From: Eledone cirrhosa
Lineage: Eukaryota
Length of the DNA: 64,000 bases
Assembly: GCA_964016885.1 (NCBI GenBank)
Contig: OZ024743.1
Span: 233,616,001-233,680,000 of the forward strand
Reading direction: 5' to 3'
A program made the position numbers and the translations under genes. The notes under the pieces are model-generated. The model ran no database searches and had not been told where the DNA came from. It saw nothing but the letters and a program-made list of their open reading frames with translations. This document shows positions 27,701-42,500 of this stretch, in pieces. The stretch's first letter is position 1; every line of letters begins with the position of its first letter.

Positions 27701-30700
27701 CTATTGATTTTACGGAGATATCTTGCTGAAATTCACGCCACACATAGCCAATGAGTGTCTGCACATGTATCAGTAATTACAGATCGATCCGACCACGGGC
27801 GGCCGGCCCGCGATTGAAAAGGTAACTCCGCCGGCAAATCGTCATTTTTGGATTCGTTTTCTTCGAAGCACACCATTCGCCGGCGGACTTTGTTGACGTT
27901 TAACACGGTTTGGTTCCACAGCCACAACTATTGATTTTACGGAGATATCTTGCTGAAATTCACGCCACACATAGCCAATGAGTGTCTGCACATGTACCAG
28001 TAATTACAGATCGATCCGACCACGGGCGGCCGGTTTGCGATTGAAAAGGTAACTCCGCCGGCAAATCGTCATTTTTGGATTCGTTTTCTTCGAAGCACAC
28101 CATTCGCCGGCGGACTTTGTTGACGTTTAACACGGTTTGGTTCCACAGCCACAACTATTGATTTTACGGAGATATCTTGCTGAAATTCACGCCACACATA
28201 GCCAATGAGTGTCTGCACATGTACCAGTAATTACAGATCGATCCGACCACGGGCGGTCGGTTTGCGATTGAAAAGGTAACTCCGCCGGCAAATCGTCATT
28301 TTTGGATTCGTTTTCTTCGAAGCACACCATTCGCCAGCTGACTTTGTTGACGTTTAACACGGTTTGGTTCCACAGCCACAACTATTGATTTTAAGGAGAT
28401 ATCTTGCTGAAATTCACGCCACACATAGCCAATGAGTGTCTGCACAGGTACCAGTAATTACAGATCGATCCGACCACGGGCGGCCGGTTTGCGATTGAAA
28501 AGGTAACTCCGCCGGCAAATCGTCATTTTTGGATTCGTTTTCTTCGAAGCACACCATTCGCCGGCTGACTTTGTTGACGTTTAACACGGTTTGGTTCCAC
28601 AGCCACAACTATTGATTTTAAGGAGATATCTTGCTGAAATTCACGCCACACATAGCCAATGAGTGTCTGCACAGGTACCAGTAATTACAGATCGATCCGA
28701 CCACGGGCGGCCGGCCCGCGATTGAAAAGGTAACTCCGCCGGCAAATCGTCATTTTTGGATTCGTTTTCTTCGAAGCACACCATTCGCCGGCGGACTTTG
28801 TTGACGTTTAACACGGTTTGGTTCCACAGCCACAACTATTGATTTTACGGAGATATCTTGCTGAAATTCACGCCACACATAGCCAATGAGTGTCTGCACA
28901 TGTACCAGTAATTACAGATCGATCCGACCACGGGCGGCCGGCCCGCGATTGGAAAGGTAACTCCGCCGGCAAATCGTCATTTTTGGATTCGTTTTCTTCG
29001 AAGCACACCATTCGCCGGCGGACTTTGTTGACGTTTAACACGGTTTGGTTCCACAGCCACAACTATTGATTTTACGGAGATATCTTGCTGAAATTCACGC
29101 CACACATAGCCAATGAGTGTCTGCACATGTATCAGTAATTACAGATCGATCCGACCACGGGCGGCCGGCCCGCGATTGAAAAGGTAACTCCGCCGGCAAA
29201 TCGTCATTTTTGGATTCGTTTTCTTCGAAGCACACCATTCGCCGGCGGACTTTGTTGACGTTTAACACGGTTTGGTTCCACAGCCACAACTATTGATTTT
29301 ACGGAGATATCTTGCTGAAATTCACGCCACACATAGCCAATGAGTGTCTGCACATGTACAAGTAATTACAGATCGATCCGACCACGGGCGGCCGACCCGC
29401 GATTGAAAAGGTAACTCCGCCGGCAAATCGTCATTTTTGGATTCGTTTTCTTCGAAGCACACCATTCGCCGGCGGACTTTGTTGACGTTTAACACGGTTT
29501 GGTTCCACAGCCACAACTATTGATTTTACGGAGATATCTTGCTGAAATTCACGCCACACATAGCCAATGAGTGTCTGCACATGTACCAGTAATTACAGAT
29601 CGATCCGACCACGGGCGGCCGGCCCGCGATTGAAAAGGTAACTCCGCCGGCAAATCGTCATTTTTGGATTCGTTTTCTTCGAAGCACACCATTCGCCGGC
29701 GGACTTTGTTGACGTTTAACACGGTTTGGTTCCACAGCCACAACTATTGATTTTACGGAGATATCTTGCTGAAATTCACGCCACACATAGCCAATGAGTG
29801 TCCGCACATGTACCAGTAATTACAGATCGATCCGACCACGGGCGGTCGGTTTGCGATTGAAAAGGTAACTCCGCCGGCAAATCGTCATTTTTGGATTCGT
29901 TTTCTTCGAAGCACACCATTCGCCGGCTGACTTTGTTGACGTTTAACACGGTTTGGTTCCACAGCCACAACTATTGATTTTACGGAGATATCTTGCTGAA
30001 ATTCACGCCACACATAGCCAATGAGTGTCTGCACATGTACCAGTAATTACAGATCGATCCGACCACGGGCGGTCGGTTTGCGATTGAAAAGGTAACTCCG
30101 CCGGCAAATCGTCATTTTTGTATTCGTTTTCTTCGAAGCACACCATTCGCCGGCGGACTTTGTTGACGTTTAACACGGTTTGGTTCCACAGCCACAACTA
30201 TTGATTTTACGGAGATATCTTGCTGAAATTCACGCCACACATAGCCAATGAGTGTCTGCACATGTATCAGTAATTACAGATCGATCCGACCACGGGCGGC
30301 CGGCCCGCGATTGAAAAGGTAACTCCGCCGGCAAATCGTCATTTTTGGATTCGTTTTCTTCGAAGCACACCATTCGCCGGCGGACTTTGTTGACGTTTAA
30401 CACGGTTTGGTTCCACAGCCACAACTATTGATTTTACGGAGATATCTTGCTGAAATTCACGCCACACATAGCCAATGAGTGTCTGCACATGTACAAGTAA
30501 TTACAGATCGATCCGACCACGGGCGGCCGGCCCGCGATTGAAAAGGTAACTCCGCCGGCAAATCGTCATTTTTGGATTCGTTTTCTTCGAAGCACACCAT
30601 TCGCCGGCGGACTTTGTTGACGTTTAACACGGTTTGGTTCCACAGCCACAACTATTGATTTTACGGAGATATCTTGCTGAAATTCACGCCACACATAGCC

Positions 30701-33596
30701 AATGAGTGTCTGCACATGTACCAGTAATTACAGATCGATCCGACCACGGGCGGCCGGCCCGCGATTGAAAAGGTAACTCCGCCGGCAAATCGTCATTTTT
30801 GGATTCGTTTTCTTCGAAGCACACCATTCGCCGGCGGACTTTGTTGACGTTTAACACGGTTTGGTTCCACAGCCACAACTATTGATTTTACGGAGATATC
30901 TTGCTGAAATTCACGCCACACATAGCCAATGAGTCTCTGCACATGTACCATTAATTACAGATCGATCCGACCACGGGCGGTCGGTTTGCGATTGAAAAGG
31001 TAACTCCGCCGGCAAATCGTCATTTTTGGATTCGTTTTCTTCGAAGCACACCATTCGCCGGCTGACTTTGTTGACGTTTAACACGGTTTGGTTCCACAGC
31101 CACAACTATTGATTTTAAGGAGATATCTTGCTGAAATTCACGCCACACATAGCCAATGAGTGTCTGCACAGGTACCAGTAATTACAGATCGATCCGACCA
31201 CGGGCGGCCGGCCCGCGATTGAAAAGGTAACTCCGCCGGCAAATCGTCATTTTTGGATTCGTTTTCTTCGAAGCACACCATTCGCCGGCGGACTTTGTTG
31301 ACGTTTAACACGGTTTGGTTCCACAGCCACAACTATTGATTTTACGTAGATATCTTGCTGAAATTCACGCCACACATAGCCAATGAGTGTCTGCACATGT
31401 ACCAGTAATTACAGATCGATCCGACCACGGGCGGCCGGTTTGCGATTGAAAAGGTAACTCCGCCGGCAAATCGTCATTTTTGGATTCGTTTTCTTCGAAG
31501 CACACCATTCGCCGGCTGACTTTGTTGACGTTTAACACGGTTTGGGTCCACAGCCACAACTATTGATTTTACGGAGATATCTTGCTGAAATTCACGCCAC
31601 ACATAGCCAATGAGTGTCTGCACATGTACAAGTAATTACAGATCGATCCGACCACGGGCGGCCGACCCGCGATTGAAAAGGTAACTCCGCCGGCAAATCG
31701 TCATTTTTGGATTCGTTTTCTTCGAAGCACACCATTCGCCGGCGGACTTTGTTGACGTTTAACACGGTTTGGTTCCACAGCCACAACTATTGATTTTACG
31801 GAGATATCTTGCTGAAATTCACGCCACACATAGCCAATGAGTGTCTGCACATGTACCAGTAATTACAGATCGATCCGACCACGGGCGGCCGGCCCGCGAT
31901 TGAAAAGGTAACTCCGCCGGCAAATCGTCATTTTTGGATTCGTTTTCTTCGAAGCACACCATTCGCCGGCGGACTTTGTTGACGTTTAACACGGTTTGGT
32001 TCCACAGCCACAACTATTGATTTTACGGAGATATCTTGCTGAAATTCACGCCACACATAGCCAATGAGTGTCCGCACATGTACCAGTAATTACAGATCGA
32101 TCCGACCACGGGCGGTCGGTTTGCGATTGAAAAGGTAACTCCGCCGGCAAATCGTCATTTTTGGATTCGTTTTCTTCGAAGCACACCATTCGCCGGCTGA
32201 CTTTGTTGACGTTTAACACGGTTTGGTTCCACAGCCACAACTATTGATTTTACGGAGATATCTTGCTGAAATTCACGCCACACATAGCCAATGAGTGTCT
32301 GCACATGTACCAGTAATTACAGATCGATCCGACCACGGGCGGTCGGTTTGCGATTGAAAAGGTAACTCCGCCGGCAAATCGTCATTTTTGGATTCGTTTT
32401 CTTCGAAGCACACCATTCGCCGGCGGACTTTGTTGACGTTTAACACGGTTTGGTTCCACAGCCACAACTATTGATTTTACGGAGATATCTTGCTGAAATT
32501 CACGCCACACATAGCCAATGAGTGTCTGCACATGTATCAGTAATTACAGATCGATCCGACCACGGGCGGCCGGCCCGCGATTGAAAAGGTAACTCCGCCG
32601 GCAAATCGTCATTTTTGGATTCGTTTTCTTCGAAGCACACCATTCGCCGGCGGACTTTGTTGACGTTTAACACGGTTTGGTTCCACAGCCACAACTATTG
32701 ATTTTACGGAGATATCTTGCTGAAATTCACGCCACACATAGCCAATGAGTGTCTGCACATGTACAAGTAATTACAGATCGATCCGACCACGGGCGGCCGG
32801 CCCGCGATTGAAAAGGTAACTCCGCCGGCAAATCGTCATTTTTGGATTCGTTTTCTTCGAAGCACACCATTCGCCGGCGGACTTTGTTGACGTTTAACAC
32901 GGTTTGGTTCCACAGCCACAACTATTGATTTTACGGAGATATCTTGCTGAAATTCACGCCACACATAGCCAATGAGTGTCTGCACATGTACCAGTAATTA
33001 CAGATCGATCCGACCACGGGCGGCCGGCCCGCGATTGAAAAGGTAACTCCGCCGGCAAATCGTCATTTTTGGATTCGTTTTCTTCGAAGCACACCATTCG
33101 CCGGCGGACTTTGTTGACGTTTAACACGGTTTGGTTCCACAGCCACAACTATTGATTTTACGGAGATATCTTGCTGAAATTCACGCCACACATAGCCAAT
33201 GAGTCTCTGCACATGTACCATTAATTACAGATCGATCCGACCACGGGCGGTCGGTTTGCGATTGAAAAGGTAACTCCGCCGGCAAATCGTCATTTTTGGA
33301 TTCGTTTTCTTCGAAGCACACCATTCGCCGGCTGACTTTGTTGACGTTTAACACGGTTTGGTTCCACAGCCACAACTATTGATTTTAAGGAGATATCTTG
33401 CTGAAATTCACGCCACACATAGCCAATGAGTGTCTGCACATGTATCAGTAATTACAGATCGATCCGACCACGGGCGGCCGGCCCGCGATTGAAAAGGTAA
33501 CTCCGCCGGCAAATCGTCATTTTTGGATTCGTTTTCTTCGAAGCACACCATTCGCCTGCGGACTTTGTTGACGTTTAACACGGTTTGGTTCCACAG
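21793..33596 (+). repeat. 23-monomer block duplicated at a 29-monomer (6583-bp) offset: 21793-27013 and 28376-33596
   Basis: The monomer-type order matches, and five rare alleles recur at +6583: p123G 22369/28952, p157T 23538/30121, p21T 24764/31347, p220G 24963/31546 and p188T 26974/33557. Confidence 0.9.
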
Positions 33597-36500
33597 CCAC
33601 AACTATTGATTTTACGGAGATATCTTGCTGAAATTCACGCCACACATAGCCAATGAGTGTCTGCACATGTACCAGTAATTACAGATCGATCCGACCACGG
33701 GCGGCCGGCCCGCGATTGAAAAGGTAACTCCGCCGGCAAATCGTCATTTTTGGATTCGTTTTCTTCGAAGCACACCATTCGCCGGCGGACTTTGTTGACG
33801 TTTAACACGGTTTGGTTCCACAGCCACAACTATTGATTTTACGGAGATATCTTGCTGAAATTCACGCCACACATAGCCAATGAGTCTCTGCACATGTACC
33901 ATTAATTACAGATCGATCCGACCACGGGCGGTCGGTTTGCGATTGAAAAGGTAACTCCGCCGGCAAATCGTCATTTTTGGATTCGTTTTCTTCGAAGCAC
34001 ACCATTCGCCGGCTGACTTTGTTGACGTTTAACACGGTTTGGTTCCACAGCCACAACTATTGATTTTAAGGAGATATCTTGCTGAAATTCACGCCACACA
34101 TAGCCAATGAGTGTCTGCACAGGTACCAGTAATTACAGATCGATCCGACCACGGGCGGCCGGCCCGCGATTGAAAAGGTAACTCCGCCGGCAAATCGTCA
34201 TTTTTGGATTCGTTTTCTTCGAAGCACACCATTCGCCGGCGGACTTTGTTGACGTTTAACACGGTTTGGTTCCACAGCCACAACTATTGATTTTAAGGAG
34301 ATATCTTGCTGAAATTCACGCCACACATAGCCAATGAGTGTCTGCACAGGTACCAGTAATTACAGATCGATCCGACCACGGGCGGCCGGCCCGCGATTGA
34401 AAAGGTAACTCCGCCGGCAAATCGTCATTTTTGGATTCGTTTTCTTCGAAGCACACCATTCGCCGGCGGACTTTGTTGACGTTTAACACGGTTTGGTTCC
34501 ACAGCCACAACTATTGATTTTACGGAGATATCTTGCTGAAATTCACGCCACACATAGCCAATGAGTGTCTGCACATGTACCAGTAATTACAGATCGATCC
34601 GACCACGGGCGGTCGGTTTGCGATTGAAAAGGTAACTCCGCCGGCAAATCGTCATTTTTGGATTCGTTTTCTTCGAAGCACACCATTCGCCGGCTGACTT
34701 TGTTGACGTTTAACACGGTTTGGTTCCACAGCCACAACTATTGATTTTACGGAGATATCTTGCTGAAATTCACGCCACACATAGCCAATGAGTGTCTGCA
34801 CATGTACCAGTAATTACAGATCGATCCGACCACGGGCGGTCGGTTTGCGATTGAAAAGGTAACTCCGCCGGCAAATCGTCATTTTTGGATTCGTTTTCTT
34901 CGAAGCACACCATTCGCCGGCGGACTTTGTTGACGTTTAACACGGTTTGGTTCCACAGCCACAACTATTGATTTTACGGAGATATCTTGCTGAAATTCAC
35001 GCCACACATAGCCAATGAGTGTCTGCACATGTATCAGTAATTACAGATCGATCCGACCACGGGCGGCCGGCCCGCGATTGAAAAGGTAACTCCGCCGGCA
35101 AATCGTCATTTTTGGATTCGTTTTCTTCGAAGCACACCATTCGCCGGCGGACTTTGTTGACGTTTAACACGGTTTGGTTCCACAGCCACAACTATTGATT
35201 TTACGGAGATATCTTGCTGAAATTCACGCCACACATAGCCAATGAGTGTCTGCACATGTACAAGTAATTACAGATCGATCCGACCACGGGCGGCCGGCCC
35301 GCGATTGAAAAGGTAACTCCGCCGGCAAATCGTCATTTTTGGATTCGTTTTCTTCGAAGCACACCATTCGCCGGCGGACTTTGTTGACGTTTAACACGGT
35401 TTGGTTCCACAGCCACAACTATTGATTTTACGGAGATATCTTGCTGAAATTCACGCCACACATAGCCAATGAGTGTCTGCACATGTACCAGTAATTACAG
35501 ATCGATCCGACCACGGGCGGCCGGTTTGCGATTGAAAAGGTAACTCCGCCGGCAAATCGTCATTTTTGGATTCGTTTTCTTCGAAGCACACCATTCGCCG
35601 GCGGACTTTGTTGACGTTTAACACGGTTTGGTTCCACAGCCACAACTATTGATTTTACGGAGATATCTTGCTGAAATTCACGCCACACATAGCCAATGAG
35701 TGTCTGCACATGTACCAGTAATTACAGATCGATCCGACCACGGGCGGCCGGTTTGCGATTGAAAAGGTAACTCCGCCGGCAAATCGTCATTTTTGGATTC
35801 GTTTTCTTCGAAGCACACCATTCGCCGGCTGACTTTGTTGACGTTTAACACGGTTTGGTTCCACAGCCACAACTATTGATTTTAAGGAGATATCTTGCTG
35901 AAATTCACGCCACACATAGCCAATGAGTGTCTGCACAGGTACCAGTAATTACAGATCGATCCGACCACGGGCGGCCGGCCCGCGATTGAAAAGGTAACTC
36001 CGCCGGCAAATCGTCATTTTTGGATTCGTTTTCTTCGAAGCACACCATTCGCCGGCGGACTTTGTTGACGTTTAACACGGTTTGGTTCCACAGCCACAAC
36101 TATTGATTTTACGGAGATATCTTGCTGAAATTCACGCCACACATAGCCAATGAGTGTCTGCACATGTACCAGTAATTACAGATCGATCCGACCACGGGCG
36201 GTCGGTTTGCGATTGAAAAGGTAACTCCGCCGGCAAATCGTCATTTTTGGATTCGTTTTCTTCGAAGCACACCATTCGCCGGCTGACTTTGTTGACGTTT
36301 AACACGGTTTGGTTCCACAGCCACAACTATTGATTTTACGGAGATATCTTGCTGAAATTCACGCCACACATAGCCAATGAGTGTCTGCACATGTACCAGT
36401 AATTACAGATCGATCCGACCACGGGCGGTCGGTTTGCGATTGAAAAGGTAACTCCGCCGGCAAATCGTCATTTTTGGATTCGTTTTCTTCGAAGCACACC

Positions 36501-39500
36501 ATTCGCCGGCGGACTTTGTTGACGTTTAACACGGTTTGGTTCCACAGCCACAACTATTGATTTTACGGAGATATCTTGCTGAAATTCACGCCACACATAG
36601 CCAATGAGTGTCTGCACATGTATCAGTAATTACAGATCGATCCGACCACGGGCGGCCGGCCCGCGATTGAAAAGGTAACTCCGCCGGCAAATCGTCATTT
36701 TTGGATTCGTTTTCTTCGAAGCACACCATTCGCCGGCGGACTTTGTTGACGTTTAACACGGTTTGGTTCCACAGCCACAACTATTGATTTTACGGAGATA
36801 TCTTGCTGAAATTCACGCCACACATAGCCAATGAGTGTCTGCACATGTACCAGTAATTACAGATCGATCCGACCACGGGCGGTCGGTTTGCGATTGAAAA
36901 GGTAACTCCGCCGGCAAATCGTCATTTTTGGATTCGTTTTCTTCGAAGCACACCATTCGCCAGCTGACTTTGTTGACGTTTAACACGGTTTGGTTCCACA
37001 GCCACAACTATTGATTTTAAGGAGATATCTTGCTGAAATTCACGCCACACATAGCCAATGAGTGTCTGCACAGGTACCAGTAATTACAGATCGATCCGAC
37101 CACGGGCGGCCGGTTTGCGATTGAAAAGGTAACTCCGCCGGCAAATCGTCATTTTTGGATTCGTTTTCTTCGAAGCACACCATTCGCCGGCTGACTTTGT
37201 TGACGTTTAACACGGTTTGGTTCCACAGCCACAACTATTGATTTTACGGAGATATCTTGCTGAAATTCACGCCACACATAGCCAATGAGTGTCTGCACAT
37301 GTACCAGTAATTACAGATCGATCCGACCACGGGCGGTCGGTTTGCGATTGAAAAGGTAACTCCGCCGGCAAATCGTCATTTTTGTATTCGTTTTCTTCGA
37401 AGCACACCATTCGCCGGCGGACTTTGTTGACGTTTAACACGGTTTGGTTCCACAGCCACAACTATTGATTTTACGGAGATATCTTGCTGAAATTCACGCC
37501 ACACATAGCCAATGAGTGTCTGCACATGTATCAGTAATTACAGATCGATCCGACCACGGGCGGCCGGCCCGCGATTGAAAAGGTAACTCCGCCGGCAAAT
37601 CGTCATTTTTGGATTCGTTTTCTTCGAAGCACACCATTCGCCGGCGGACTTTGTTGACGTTTAACACGGTTTGGTTCCACAGCCACAACTATTGATTTTA
37701 CGGAGATATCTTGCTGAAATTCACGCCACACATAGCCAATGAGTGTCTGCACATGTACAAGTAATTACAGATCGATCCGACCACGGGCGGCCGGCCCGCG
37801 ATTGAAAAGGTAACTCCGCCGGCAAATCGTCATTTTTGGATTCGTTTTCTTCGAAGCACACCATTCGCCGGCGGACTTTGTTGACGTTTAACACGGTTTG
37901 GTTCCACAGCCACAACTATTGATTTTACGGAGATATCTTGCTGAAATTCACGCCACACATAGCCAATGAGTGTCTGCACATGTACCAGTAATTACAGATC
38001 GATCCGACCACGGGCGGCCGGCCCGCGATTGAAAAGGTAACTCCGCCGGCAAATCGTCATTTTTGGATTCGTTTTCTTCGAAGCACACCATTCGCCGGCG
38101 GACTTTGTTGACGTTTAACACGGTTTGGTTCCACAGCCACAACTATTGATTTTACGGAGATATCTTGCTGAAATTCACGCCACACATAGCCAATGAGTCT
38201 CTGCACATGTACCATTAATTACAGATCGATCCGACCACGGGCGGTCGGTTTGCGATTGAAAAGGTAACTCCGCCGGCAAATCGTCATTTTTGGATTCGTT
38301 TTCTTCGAAGCACACCATTCGCCGGCTGACTTTGTTGACGTTTAACACGGTTTGGTTCCACAGCCACAACTATTGATTTTAAGGAGATATCTTGCTGAAA
38401 TTCACGCCACACATAGCCAATGAGTGTCTGCACAGGTACCAGTAATTACAGATCGATCCGACCACGGGCGGCCGGCCCGCGATTGAAAAGGTAACTCCGC
38501 CGGCAAATCGTCATTTTTGGATTCGTTTTCTTCGAAGCACACCATTCGCCGGCGGACTTTGTTGACGTTTAACACGGTTTGGTTCCACAGCCACAACTAT
38601 TGATTTTACGTAGATATCTTGCTGAAATTCACGCCACACATAGCCAATGAGTGTCTGCACATGTACCAGTAATTACAGATCGATCCGACCACGGGCGGCC
38701 GGTTTGCGATTGAAAAGGTAACTCCGCCGGCAAATCGTCATTTTTGGATTCGTTTTCTTCGAAGCACACCATTCGCCGGCTGACTTTGTTGACGTTTAAC
38801 ACGGTTTGGGTCCACAGCCACAACTATTGATTTTACGGAGATATCTTGCTGAAATTCACGCCACACATAGCCAATGAGTGTCTGCACATGTACAAGTAAT
38901 TACAGATCGATCCGACCACGGGCGGCCGACCCGCGATTGAAAAGGTAACTCCGCCGGCAAATCGTCATTTTTGGATTCGTTTTCTTCGAAGCACACCATT
39001 CGCCGGCGGACTTTGTTGACGTTTAACACGGTTTGGTTCCACAGCCACAACTATTGATTTTACGGAGATATCTTGCTGAAATTCACGCCACACATAGCCA
39101 ATGAGTGTCTGCACATGTACCAGTAATTACAGATCGATCCGACCACGGGCGGCCGGCCCGCGATTGAAAAGGTAACTCCGCCGGCAAATCGTCATTTTTG
39201 GATTCGTTTTCTTCGAAGCACACCATTCGCCGGCGGACTTTGTTGACGTTTAACACGGTTTGGTTCCACAGCCACAACTATTGATTTTACGGAGATATCT
39301 TGCTGAAATTCACGCCACACATAGCCAATGAGTGTCCGCACATGTACCAGTAATTACAGATCGATCCGACCACGGGCGGTCGGTTTGCGATTGAAAAGGT
39401 AACTCCGCCGGCAAATCGTCATTTTTGGATTCGTTTTCTTCGAAGCACACCATTCGCCGGCTGACTTTGTTGACGTTTAACACGGTTTGGTTCCACAGCC

Positions 39501-42500
39501 ACAACTATTGATTTTACGGAGATATCTTGCTGAAATTCACGCCACACATAGCCAATGAGTGTCTGCACATGTACCAGTAATTACAGATCGATCCGACCAC
39601 GGGCGGTCGGTTTGCGATTGAAAAGGTAACTCCGCCGGCAAATCGTCATTTTTGGATTCGTTTTCTTCGAAGCACACCATTCGCCGGCGGACTTTGTTGA
39701 CGTTTAACACGGTTTGGTTCCACAGCCACAACTATTGATTTTACGGAGATATCTTGCTGAAATTCACGCCACACATAGCCAATGAGTGTCTGCACATGTA
39801 TCAGTAATTACAGATCGATCCGACCACGGGCGGCCGGCCCGCGATTGAAAAGGTAACTCCGCCGGCAAATCGTCATTTTTGGATTCGTTTTCTTCGAAGC
39901 ACACCATTCGCCGGCGGACTTTGTTGACGTTTAACACGGTTTGGTTCCACAGCCACAACTATTGATTTTACGGAGATATCTTGCTGAAATTCACGCCACA
40001 CATAGCCAATGAGTGTCTGCACATGTACAAGTAATTACAGATCGATCCGACCACGGGCGGCCGGCCCGCGATTGAAAAGGTAACTCCGCCGGCAAATCGT
40101 CATTTTTGGATTCGTTTTCTTCGAAGCACACCATTCGCCGGCGGACTTTGTTGACGTTTAACACGGTTTGGTTCCACAGCCACAACTATTGATTTTACGG
40201 AGATATCTTGCTGAAATTCACGCCACACATAGCCAATGAGTGTCTGCACATGTACCAGTAATTACAGATCGATCCGACCACGGGCGGCCGGCCCGCGATT
40301 GAAAAGGTAACTCCGCCGGCAAATCGTCATTTTTGGATTCGTTTTCTTCGAAGCACACCATTCGCCGGCGGACTTTGTTGACGTTTAACACGGTTTGGTT
40401 CCACAGCCACAACTATTGATTTTACGGAGATATCTTGCTGAAATTCACGCCACACATAGCCAATGAGTCTCTGCACATGTACCATTAATTACAGATCGAT
40501 CCGACCACGGGCGGTCGGTTTGCGATTGAAAAGGTAACTCCGCCGGCAAATCGTCATTTTTGGATTCGTTTTCTTCGAAGCACACCATTCGCCGGCTGAC
40601 TTTGTTGACGTTTAACACGGTTTGGTTCCACAGCCACAACTATTGATTTTAAGGAGATATCTTGCTGAAATTCACGCCACACATAGCCAATGAGTGTCTG
40701 CACATGTATCAGTAATTACAGATCGATCCGACCACGGGCGGCCGGCCCGCGATTGAAAAGGTAACTCCGCCGGCAAATCGTCATTTTTGGATTCGTTTTC
40801 TTCGAAGCACACCATTCGCCTGCGGACTTTGTTGACGTTTAACACGGTTTGGTTCCACAGCCACAACTATTGATTTTACGGAGATATCTTGCTGAAATTC
40901 ACGCCACACATAGCCAATGAGTGTCTGCACATGTACCAGTAATTACAGATCGATCCGACCACGGGCGGCCGGCCCGCGATTGAAAAGGTAACTCCGCCGG
41001 CAAATCGTCATTTTTGGATTCGTTTTCTTCGAAGCACACCATTCGCCGGCGGACTTTGTTGACGTTTAACACGGTTTGGTTCCACAGCCACAACTATTGA
41101 TTTTACGGAGATATCTTGCTGAAATTCACGCCACACATAGCCAATGAGTCTCTGCACATGTACCATTAATTACAGATCGATCCGACCACGGGCGGTCGGT
41201 TTGCGATTGAAAAGGTAACTCCGCCGGCAAATCGTCATTTTTGGATTCGTTTTCTTCGAAGCACACCATTCGCCGGCTGACTTTGTTGACGTTTAACACG
41301 GTTTGGTTCCACAGCCACAACTATTGATTTTAAGGAGATATCTTGCTGAAATTCACGCCACACATAGCCAATGAGTGTCTGCACAGGTACCAGTAATTAC
41401 AGATCGATCCGACCACGGGCGGCCGGCCCGCGATTGAAAAGGTAACTCCGCCGGCAAATCGTCATTTTTGGATTCGTTTTCTTCGAAGCACACCATTCGC
41501 CGGCGGACTTTGTTGACGTTTAACACGGTTTGGTTCCACAGCCACAACTATTGATTTTAAGGAGATATCTTGCTGAAATTCACGCCACACATAGCCAATG
41601 AGTGTCTGCACAGGTACCAGTAATTACAGATCGATCCGACCACGGGCGGCCGGCCCGCGATTGAAAAGGTAACTCCGCCGGCAAATCGTCATTTTTGGAT
41701 TCGTTTTCTTCGAAGCACACCATTCGCCGGCGGACTTTGTTGACGTTTAACACGGTTTGGTTCCACAGCCACAACTATTGATTTTACGGAGATATCTTGC
41801 TGAAATTCACGCCACACATAGCCAATGAGTGTCTGCACATGTACCAGTAATTACAGATCGATCCGACCACGGGCGGTCGGTTTGCGATTGAAAAGGTAAC
41901 TCCGCCGGCAAATCGTCATTTTTGGATTCGTTTTCTTCGAAGCACACCATTCGCCGGCTGACTTTGTTGACGTTTAACACGGTTTGGTTCCACAGCCACA
42001 ACTATTGATTTTACGGAGATATCTTGCTGAAATTCACGCCACACATAGCCAATGAGTGTCTGCACATGTACCAGTAATTACAGATCGATCCGACCACGGG
42101 CGGTCGGTTTGCGATTGAAAAGGTAACTCCGCCGGCAAATCGTCATTTTTGGATTCGTTTTCTTCGAAGCACACCATTCGCCGGCGGACTTTGTTGACGT
42201 TTAACACGGTTTGGTTCCACAGCCACAACTATTGATTTTACGGAGATATCTTGCTGAAATTCACGCCACACATAGCCAATGAGTGTCTGCACATGTATCA
42301 GTAATTACAGATCGATCCGACCACGGGCGGCCGGCCCGCGATTGAAAAGGTAACTCCGCCGGCAAATCGTCATTTTTGGATTCGTTTTCTTCGAAGCACA
42401 CCATTCGCCGGCGGACTTTGTTGACGTTTAACACGGTTTGGTTCCACAGCCACAACTATTGATTTTACGGAGATATCTTGCTGAAATTCACGCCACACAT

